Assembly: GCA_964187785.1 (NCBI GenBank)
Contig: OZ076413.1
Coordinates: 63,612,001 to 63,676,000 of the forward strand
Direction: 5' to 3'
Length of the DNA stretch: 64,000 bases
Source of the DNA: Amphiscolops sp. MND2022
Taxonomy: Eukaryota
The notes below the pieces were generated by a model. That model worked only from the letters and a program-made list of their open reading frames with translations. It was not told the DNA's origin and did not search any database. Each line of letters opens with the position of its first letter. Positions within the stretch are counted from its first letter, which is position 1. This document shows, one piece after another, positions 48,901 through 58,179 of the stretch. The position numbers and the translations under genes were made by a program.

Positions 48901-49040
48901 ATCCCACAATGCACGGGGAGCTTGACAAAAGCAAAAATAAAAATCCGCGCGACGCGGATTTTGTCCGGCCACCCACGGGGTCGTTACACAAGTCCTACGT
49001 GCGTGTATGCACTTGTATTGTACATTGGCAATGCGCAAAC
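45951..49040. repeat. Tandem array of about 20 near-identical 156-bp units
   Basis: 20 unit starts (CACGGGGAGC) spaced about 156 bp apart; each unit contains AATCCGCG-CGA-CGCGGATT and CATTG-G-CAATG inverted repeats. Confidence 0.97.
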
Positions 49041-49232
49041 ACAAAAGCAATGTTTTCCACACAAAATTTTTTCGAACTGAAGGTTTATTGTACATTCGTT
49101 GTTACAATAGGAAACTATTTTTTGTTGCCTTTTTTTCAATGATTGTGCAACTTGACTTTCGTTAAGGTTCTCAATTGCTAAAGGGCGCAAATAAAAAATT
49201 TTGTCAAAAATATGAACATTGCTTCAACATAC

Positions 49233-49540
49233 CTCGGACATTGAGTCCTGGGAGATCTCCGATGAATAAATTTCTTCTTCTTCTTCGTAGGGCGGCGGCA
49301 AAACAAAGATCGGGGTGGTAAGCAGAGGCGACTGCGAGTTGGCGTTGATGATTCTAGAATAAAACAGTTTGATTTGCAAGCTCGTGAAAATTTAATAAGA
49401 ATTTGTTTTCAATCCAGTAAGCAAACGAACTAATAAATAACCCACATTTCCATTTCTGGATAGTTCTGGGTGGTGGTGGCGGCGATGCTGGTGGTGGTGG
49501 TGGCGGCGATGCTGGTGTTGTTGTTGTTGTTTTGAGACAT
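49233..49540 (-). CDS. Candidate spliced N-terminal exons (49540-49446 and 49353-49233) encoding a PPPY-motif peptide
   Basis: A GT-AG intron at 49445-49354 joins ATG49540 in frame to ...VLPPPYEEEEE...; donor GAG/GTATGT follows at 49232. Confidence 0.45.
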
Positions 49541-49749
49541 GCTATAACAGAAAAAAAAACTAAAGAAGCTTGCTATTTTTGTTGATTGGGAATGGAAATT
49601 CAGTTAGAAAAATACTAACATTTGCTGCGGGATTTTGTATAGTCGTAGAAGATTGAGTAGAAGTGTTAGCGTTGAAGAAAGAGCTGCTGTTGTTGATAAA
49701 GAGTTGATGATGAATAGTTGTGCAATTGAAAATTACAACAGATGAGTGT

Positions 49750-49922
49750 GTGAGCCAATTCTATTGGCCGTGAGAGCGCACGAAATTTTAAAAAAATGCT
49801 GCATATGGGAACGGCGCGGAAAAATCCGCGCTCGTATAGCCTGCGCGGATTAATCCGCGCTCGTGTAGCTTGTGCGGATGCGCGGGAAAAACCGCGCACG
49901 GCCGCCAGCGCGTGCGCAAATT
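49750..49922 (-). promoter_or_regulatory. Putative subterminal promoter/origin: inverted CCAAT pair, E2F-type site, nested CGCG palindromes
   Basis: GCCAATTCTATTGGC (~49753-49767); GCGCGGGAAA (49880-49889); perfect 18-bp palindrome GCGCGGATTAATCCGCGC (49843-49860). A CG-rich island in AT-rich DNA, upstream of the whole minus-strand cassette. Confidence 0.55.
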
Positions 49923-49992
49923 AAATTAAAAGCAGCCACGCGTGTGCATATAGGAATGAATATTCATTTCCTTTTCAGTGATTCTTAAAAGA

Positions 49993-51580
49993 ATTTGTAA
50001 AAGTACTTGTGTTAAATTTTAATTGAATTAAAATTTGGGTTAAAACTGTTCTAAGTACCTGGTTTATTTGCGGCTGTATTCTTCTAAGTTTGTATTTGAA
50101 TCCTAAGCGATCACCCTGAGAATAAAGTTAAAACTGAAGCTTTCTGGTTGGTATTCAAGTCTATTTGTTACAAGATTTTCACTAACTTCCAAAAAAATTT
50201 GGTGGTGGGGGGGAACAGAAAAGGGCCCCTCCCCCATTTAATGTGGGCGGAAAATAACTATCAGTTAACAATTGCAGAAACTCATTTCTGCTATCATAGC
50301 ATATACACAAAGTAGAAGTTTAATGCAGATTCTCAAATTAAGAAATGAGCACTTCATAACTCAAAGGTTTGGGGGGAGGGGGCCTGGAAAAGTACCAAAT
50401 CTGTAGGTGAAACAGACGAAAGTTGAGAAAACGGAAAAACTCCCAATTTTGCTCAAAATCAGCTATTTGTAACTTCCACAATTTTTGTCCTAGAAAATTT
50501 CAAAAAAAACCATTGTAAACTAGATGAAGATCTAATAATTTTTCATTTCTGATGTTTTTCAAAACTTTCAACCGATTTCGAGAAAATCGACAATAAAATT
50601 GCCCGGGGGGTGATTTTTTAATCACAGTACTGTACTGGAGTTCAGCTTGTCAATTATTCAATTTGACAGCCTTTCTCAGGAGCGAAACAATTTCACGCAT
50701 CAAATGTGTGAACGAATTGACTGGTACAGACGTCTAGTTTGTTTTTCTGAACAATTCTCAGTTCAAGGTTTGATTACGTACCGAGAGCTCTCTTTTATAT
50801 GATCGACAGAAAACGAAGAGTTTCAGTGCCTTGTTTACTAATATCACCAATTATAATGAGTGGTTTTTGGCGAGTTTCCGTTTTGTCTGGTTCGCCCAGT
50901 AGAAGACCTTTAAGAACACGTTTCGAAATTTCAAATGAAACAGACGTTTATCAGACAGGTTTGACTTGTACTTTGAACCAGAATAACAAAAACCGCTGAC
51001 AATTTGAATTTTTTGTTTCCGAACAAAACTGTCTCAACTGAAATCTGGCTGATAAAATATGATTTGCCACTTTTTGATTGACAGTTTAGTTCACATTCCC
51101 ACTTTTCGAGATTCATACTAATGTTTTGTTTATTCATATTCCTGGATTTGAGCAAACACGTTTTAAATTAAAAATTGTACGCGTAATAAATTTCTCTGGT
51201 GGTTTTCCTGATGTTTGTCAACAATTCAATAAAATTTGTTGGCAAGGTTGAAATCTTCGCCTTTTCAATCTTCGGAAATCAGAAATATTCTTCTAATAAT
51301 TAGGAATATCTTTGAATAAGCAGGATTTTTGGCTCTTTTCTGTAACTAATAAACTTGAATACAAACCAGAAAGCCTCAGTTTTAACTTCATTCTCAGGGT
51401 GATCGTTTAGGATTCAAATACAAACTTTGTTCACTCTTTTTCCGTAGTCACGCTTGCAGTCACGCTTGTTTTGATGAAAAAATCAACAGCTTCCTGTTTT
51501 GAATCATCAATGAACACTTAATACGAACATAATTATAGTCAAAATGTGTGAACAATGTTTTGTTCAAGCGGAAAACTACT
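49993..51580 (-). repeat. Polinton right TIR, split into 49993-50087 and 51426-51580 by an insertion
   Basis: Both halves are reverse complements of contiguous parts of 26135-26378; ends in ACTACT. Confidence 0.8.
50088..51425. mobile_element. ~1.34-kb non-autonomous TIR element nested in the Polinton right TIR
   Basis: ~85-bp imperfect TIRs GTTTGTATTTGAATCCTAA...TTAGGATTCAAATACAAAC; absent from the left TIR. Confidence 0.8.
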
Positions 51581-51849
51581 CTAATAGAAGTTAACTTCCT
51601 GTTATGAAAGAAGGTTTTACTTTTAATTAGGCTAGTCTAAAGTTTTTAAGGAAAGTTATTTTCAAAAATTTTGGTGGTGGGGGAAACAGAAAAGAGCCGG
51701 ATTTTTCTGCACTACTACTACTACTACTACAGATTGTCATGCGCTCTAAACCCCGAACAAACTCTTCGAAACTGGAAAGCTCTCGCATTCCTGTTGACAG
51801 TTTTTTTCTAATTTTCACTTTTGAGAAATTTCTTTTTCTTTGGGTCACC

Positions 51850-52840
51850 TAGTTTGAGGGCTGTTTGTAAATGAGCAAGAATTGATGAAAACCACTCTTT
51901 CTGCGTTGACCTTGTCAACCATCATTACAAATGCGAAGTCCAATTGTTCAGGAGTTGTTCCTTCAGAAATTTCACAGGGGCGATAATATTTGAAGTGTGC
52001 AATAGGCTTGTGTAACTGCAGATAGGCTAAGCCCTTGGCAGTTTTTCCGTCTTCAACCCTAGTCGAGATTGCTTGAAGTTTTTACATTGCTGCATGGAAA
52101 CATGCAGCCTAATTTTTCACAAAACATGAAAAATTCAGCGAGCATACAAGGAAAAATTATGAAAGAATCACTAATTCAATCAAAACTGAAAACATTTCGA
52201 CTTGTTCACCGTCGCAATCACATTCCTTTCACGCTTAAGTTTCTCAAGTAAGTGACTTCTTTAAGTTTAATTGCATTGAAGTCGCGGTAAAATTGATGAC
52301 GGCTCAGCTGCTTTCAAAATTAGAACTGCTTCTTAATGAAACCTTCAAAACTTCGTGGCTCGGAATTGCCGGCAAATTTAGGATGATGCATCTTTTAGAC
52401 AGCAGCTTGACAAAATTTGATTGAATCAGTGAAGTTTTAATGCATGGAAGTTTCCTCGACAATTTTGACAAATCATGAAAAATTAGCTTGGTAACCTACA
52501 AAAACCTTGGAAAAAGTTCAAGCAGTTCCAACCAGGGAAAGTTCAAATCTGGGGATCCTACTCTTTTGACTTCAAATTTTTCGGACCTTTTTTGATAGTC
52601 GGCTGCTTTGTATACCGTCAGGTTTTGAGGTGACGTAACACCGCCCAGTGCTTGGCAAATTTCTCCTCCTTCACATACACAGTAAAATGACGTAATAATT
52701 AGATATTCGTTCATGATGACACCTGTGCAGGTACTTGAACGTCCTTGGTTTTCAACAGACACCAAAAACACAGGGTCCGAAGCGATGGCAGTAGCTGTTA
52801 TGCTAGCCAGAGCAATAAAAGCGGAAACAACAAATACCAT
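51850..52840 (-). CDS. Probable host gene (or fragment): secreted, catalytically inactive trypsin-like serine protease homolog
   Basis: Signal peptide, then CTGVIMNEYLIITSFYCV (TAAHC-like, H>Y); a second segment (~52078-51850) has GLAYLQLHKPIAHFKYYRPC (DIALLKL-like, D>G). Confidence 0.55.
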
Positions 52841-53408
52841 TTTCTGTTTGACTTGTTTTCAACTAAGTGACCAAATGGAAACGGACTGCAATGATGGATT
52901 GGACTTCGGATGATGAATTAATTAGTCTTTCTGTAGTTTCCAAATACTTGAAAAATTGTTCACAGCGTCGTGAACAAAAAAGTGGTCAGAATAGGTAGGA
53001 TTAACAGATGGTGTCTCGGTAAAACGAAAAACAATCAAATTGAACGTCAAAAGGGTGCTGGACTGTCCGATATAAACGAAAAATAAGTCTCATATACGTA
53101 TGGTTTTCAACACCTGACGAATACACAGGAAACTTCTCGGAGAATTGATACTCTGAAAGCATTAAAATATTAAAAACAATGATAGCAAACAAAACTATGA
53201 TTTTTGAAAAAAATGGCTTTTTTTACCGCGCTTTGTCGAAATTAACTTTGAAATTGATCGATTGAAAATTCAGTTTTTTCTATGATGACATAATCGAGTA
53301 TTTTTGTTCATTCGACAATTGTGGAAAAGCTATCAATTTTGAAATATATGTCCAAAACATCAACAATGAGTGACGAAGAGCGAGTACCGAGTTACTGAAG
53401 ACACGCTC

Positions 53409-53948
53409 CCCAGTGTAAAAACTCTTGCAACTCTTGATAAGAATCTTGGATATTCCTGGATTTCTTAGTAAGAGTCTTGCCAAGATTCTTACCAACAAAT
53501 CCACGAATTTGCAAGATCTTGCAAGATCGTGGCAGGAAAATCAAGAGAAAAACTGACAAAAGTGAATGAAAGCAAACAAAAACCGACGCCAACTGCAGCT
53601 TGATCAGTGTACCTATTATGCCGCAGCTTTTTGCGCTACCAACCAAGCTATCACATTCTGAAATTCAATACTTTGTGTTGTGCTATATCCAATACTTCAT
53701 AGAATGATTGTGTAGTTGGTAGTGCGAACAACAGCGAAGTACTTGTAAACAAAATTACTGTTTGTTTTACAACTTATTTATTCTCTTGACACTCTTGATA
53801 AGACTCTTACCAAGAGTCCTATGAAGAATTTCAACAGGTTTGTGTGAAGCAAGAATGAATAAGATCTTATCAAGACTTTCAAGAGTAAACTGGAATATGT
53901 AAGAAAATGCAAGATCTTGGTAAGAGTTCCAAGAGTTTTTACACTAGG
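53409..53948. mobile_element. MITE with 19-bp TIRs and CAAGA(G/A)TCTTG subrepeats
   Basis: CCCAGTGTAAAAACTCTTG ... CAAGAGTTTTTACACTAGG (one mismatch). Confidence 0.7.
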
Positions 53949-54110
53949 TCACCATTGGAAATTCCCTTGAGTGTAAATTGTCTCCAGAACTAGGTGAACA
54001 AATGGTTAAGAATAGTTAGCAAACTTAGATGAAGGGGCAAACTTGGCACCTCAAGGGCGCAAACTTAGTACCTCAAGCGCGCAAACTCAGAAGAGCAGAA
54101 ATACTCATTT

Positions 54111-54499
54111 TGCGTATAACAGCTGCTTTGGTATTTTACGCAAAACGTTACGCTGTCGGCTCGATTGATGTTATCCCAAAGATTTTTTAAGAAAATATAG
54201 AGGAATGAGATAACATGAATTGAAGAGGTTATAATGTTTCAAATTGCTTGGTTAAAATTGTGATTTAAAAGCACTCAACTTTACTCTGACCAAGTAGCTC
54301 CAATTCTCGGAGCTATAAGCTGTGAGATATATAAACACAATTAGCAACTCATAAATATCCGGTTAGAGGCGTATAAATTTACATAAGATTATATCATCCG
54401 ATACTTTTATGGTCGCGACTAAATACCACTAAGTTGAAGTCCGTTGATCTAAAATGAAACAATAAACGTCCGCTGGCCTCTCAGGCATCGGCGTCAACA
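54111..54499 (-). repeat. BEL 3' LTR
   Basis: Follows GGCCGGC after the integrase end, starting TGTTGACG on the minus strand; its distal ~70 bp match 63411-63482. Confidence 0.65.
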
Positions 54500-54529
54500 C
54501 AGCCGGCCCAGTTTTTGGCTCCAAAAACA

Positions 54530-55833
54530 CTTTCATCTTCCAGCAGGGGGACCAGTTTCACAGCTGGCCTATGAAACTCTCCTCTTGCAGTGCCTACACA
54601 AGCGCTACGCACATGTCCATCATCTCCGGGAAATACCTTTGTGATAACACCCAAGGGATACTGTCATCGTTTTGGGTAGTTATCCAATATCCAAACTACG
54701 TCACCCGAATGGGGTTCTTTGCCACTAGCGGATTTCCATTTACTTCGCTGTTGTAACTGCGAGAGATATTCTTTCATCCAGCGCTTCCATATTGAATCGC
54801 AGAACTGTTCAGATGCTTTCAGTGCTCTTCTGTAGTTCACTGATTTTCATGTTTGCAGGTAGATTGGATAATCTATGGCAGGTCTACCGATCAGGAAATG
54901 ATTAGGAGTGAGAGCTTCGCAATCTTTCACATCTCCACTGACCGTTGTTAGTGGCCTTGCGTTGGGCATTTGTTCCACTATGCATGTAACAGTTAGTAAG
55001 ATGTCGTCGGTGAATTTTTGATTCTTCAGCACGTGGTACATGCTTATTTTGCATGACCTTACCATTCTTTCCCAGCTGAGCCAAAGTGTGGGGCTGCAGG
55101 TGGATTCATAGACCACTGAATTCCTTTGATTCGAAGGCTGTCCTCGATGGAATTTTGGTCAAGTTTGCGGAAGAATTCATCGAATTCTCGTTTTGCACCG
55201 ACAACATTCGTTCCGTTGTCTGATAGTATTGTCAACGGCTGTCCTCGTCGAGCGATAAACCGCCTTACTGCTGTCACACAGGCATCGGTATCCATTGAGC
55301 TAACTACTTCCAGATGAACCGCTCGAACCACTAAACAAGTGAAGAGACAAATCCACCTTTTTTCAGATCTTCTTCCCACTTTTACCTCGAGAAGACCGAA
55401 GTATTCCATTCCAGTGTTGGCGAAAGGATGAACCTTGTCTGCTATTCTGAAAGAAGGAAGATCTGGTTGATCTGAATTATCTTTTGCGCATTGTTGGAGA
55501 GCGAAATTTGCACAAGTGGGGGAAGACTTTGCGCCAAAGATGTGTCGGGTGTATTGGAATACTCCAATGGCATCTTGGGGATCAGCTCGCCAAAGAAATC
55601 GAAGTAAAGATTGATCAGATTTGTCAACGCCCACTTGTAGAAACATAGACGCAATATCTGCTGTCATCGCCCATTTATGCTGGCGGAATTTGAAGAGGAC
55701 TGCTAAAAGTTTTTGTAGCAAATCTGGTCTTGTCATCAACATATCATTTAATGATACACCTTGATGTTTTGCAGCTGCGTTACACACTCTTCTCACTTTC
55801 TCTATTTTGTGAGGGTGCTTCACGGGGTGGTGC
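54530..55833 (-). pseudogene. Third, internally deleted RT/INT copy carrying the only integrase C-terminus
   Basis: RT start fused to INT core at ~55465 (DNSDQ/PDLPSFR); continues to LTPNHFLIGR and RPAVKLVP. Confidence 0.85.
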
Positions 55834-58179
55834 TTATTTTGCATGACCTTACCATTCTTTCCCAGATGCCGCCAAAGTGTGGGGCTGCAGATGGATTCAT
55901 AGACCACTGAATTCCTTTGATTCGAAGTCTGTCCTCGATGGAATTTTGGTCAAGTTTGCGGAAGAATTCATCGAATTCTCGTTTTGCACCGACAAAATTC
56001 GTTCCGTTGTCTGATAGTATTGTCAACGGCTGTCCTCGTCGAGCGATAAACCGCCTTACTGCTGTCACACAGGCATCGGTATCCATTGAGCTAACTACTT
56101 CCAGATGAACTGCTCGAACCACTAAACAAGTGAAGATACAAATCCACCTTTTTTCAGATCTTCCTCCCACTTTTACCTCGAGATGACCGAAGTAGTCCAT
56201 TCCAGTGTTGACGAAAGGATGAACCTTGTCTGCTATTCTGAAAGAAGGAAGATCTGCCATAATGGGTTGATACGTTGTTGCTCGAACCTTTTTACAGGGA
56301 ACACATCTCCTTGAAACAGTTCTCAAGGCGTTTCGAATCCCGAGTATAAACAATTTGTGGTTGATCAAGCTTCGAACATATTCAACACCTTGATGATTAT
56401 TGACTTCGTGCATGTAAATGATGTAGAGCCAGACAACCTGGTGAAAAGACAACAAAAGTATTGGATGTTTGATATCAAATTCCATTTTCGACTTGCGAAT
56501 TCGACCTTGAGCTCTAATCAAACCTGATCCATCAATAAAGGGAGACAAGCCAAGAAGCTTGCTTTTAGGTGGTAGTTCTTTGCCTTGACCCAGTGCCTTC
56601 AATTCTTTGCTGAACAATTCCTGCTGGACTAACAACCAGATCTTAATTTCAGCAAGATCCTGAGTTTCTTTTGATTTTCCGAATTTCCGAGACAAAACTC
56701 TAGTGACAACGTTTCTTAGTCTCACATAGCTGCTGAAACGTGTTAAGTCAATCGTGACTTTTGTTTCGTCAGAAATGGTAACAAAGGTTTCTGTTCTGCT
56801 CAAAGTTTTTGGTTGAATTGGCTATTCAATAGTCTCCAACAGCCAGGCCGGCCTAGTTAGCCAATCGCTTTCTTGAAATTGTGTAATTGTTACTCCACGG
56901 GTTCCAATGTCTGCCCGGTTCCAGTCACCTGGCACGTGATTCCACTGATCCACCGTAGAAGAGTCCATGATTTCTGCAACTCGATTGGCAACAAATACTT
57001 GATGTTTCTGAGCGTATGATTGAATCCAGAGAAGGACAGTCATTGAATCTGTCCAGAAGTAAATTGATCCAATCACGTAATCATGTTCTTCTACAATCAA
57101 CTTTTTCAACCTCACTGCACTCACTGCTGCCACTAATTCTAATTTGGGAATTGTCAGAAACTTCTGTGGAGCAACTCTTTCCCATAATGAAAAATGATTC
57201 AACTCCACATTCATTAGCACTACGAAAATAAGCAACTGCTGAAAAAGCAGATTCAGAAGCGTCGGCAAAAATATGCAGTTGCCGGTGAGTAATATCCTTG
57301 AGGGTGGTTTCGTAGGGCCTCGAGGTGTTCACCGTGTTGATTTCATCCAACTGTGAAATCCAATTATTGAAACGTTCACTGACATCCTCGCAGACCGGAT
57401 CATCCCATCTTTGACCATGTGATGTCCATTTTTACTTCAAAATTATTCTGGTAACCACAGTGAATGGTGCAAAACATATCAGTGGATCGTATACAGACGA
57501 TACAACTGACAAAATTGCTCCCTGAGTCCATATATCTTTGCGCTTTTGTACGAGACCGCGACATAGTTGAAGTTTGTCGACTTCAACATTCCATTGTATC
57601 CCCAAAACAATAACTTGTCGCGGTTCGGTGTCTTCTTTGGCAACTTCTTCTTGAGGCCTGACATTATTCACCCACTTCGTTAGATTGAAGCCGCCTCTTT
57701 GTAGTACTGAACTGAGCCCATCTTTAATTCCCATTAGTTCTTGCTCAATCTTGCAAGACACTAGCAGGTCATCCATGTAAAAGTTTTCTATAATATTTTT
57801 CGCTACCACTGTTTAATCTGAATTATCTTTTGCGCATTGATGGAGAGCGAAATTTGCACAAGTGGGGGAAGACTTTGCGCCAAAGTTGTGTCGGGTGTAT
57901 TGGAATACTCCAATGGCATCTTGGGGATCAGCTCGCCAAAGAAATCGAAGTAAAGATTGATCAGATTTGTCAACGCCCACTTGTAGAAACATAGACTCAA
58001 TATCTGCTGTCATCGCCCATTTATGCTGGCGGAATTTGAAGAGGACTGCTAAAAGTTTTTGTAGCAAATCTGGTCTTGTCATCAACATATCATTTAATGA
58101 TACACCTTGATGTTTTGCAGCTGCGTTACACACTCTTCTCACTTTCTCTATTTTGTGAGGGTGCTTCACGGGGTGGTGC
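55834..58179 (-). repeat. Second copy of the 2346-bp RT-RNaseH-INT segment
   Basis: Near-identical to 58180-60525 at a constant offset of 2346 bp. Confidence 0.92.

Larger units (their letters stand above)
26135..51580 (-). mobile_element. Polinton/Maverick (endogenous virus with pPolB and double-jelly-roll capsid), decayed
   Basis: Imperfect ~240-bp TIRs ending in AGT(C)AGT on the left and ACTACT on the right. Complete core gene set: pPolB, ATPase, RVE integrase, MCP, mCP, adenain protease. No 6-bp TSD found. Confidence 0.93.

Noticed and set aside
45951-49040. CRISPR-like array
   Set aside because: Whole units are near-identical, with no unique spacers and no cas genes; the context is eukaryotic.
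45902-49142. Long ORFs of 770, 680, 231 and 209 aa with 52-aa repeats on both strands
   Set aside because: They arise because the 156-bp unit is a multiple of 3 and lacks stops in several frames. They are open on both strands and broken by indels in A-runs, so they are treated as non-coding by-products.
51711-51730. (ACT)n run as the true Polinton terminus
   Set aside because: No (AGT)n counterpart exists at the left end. TIR similarity ends at ACTACT 51580, and the run may be poly-Ser coding sequence or a microsatellite.
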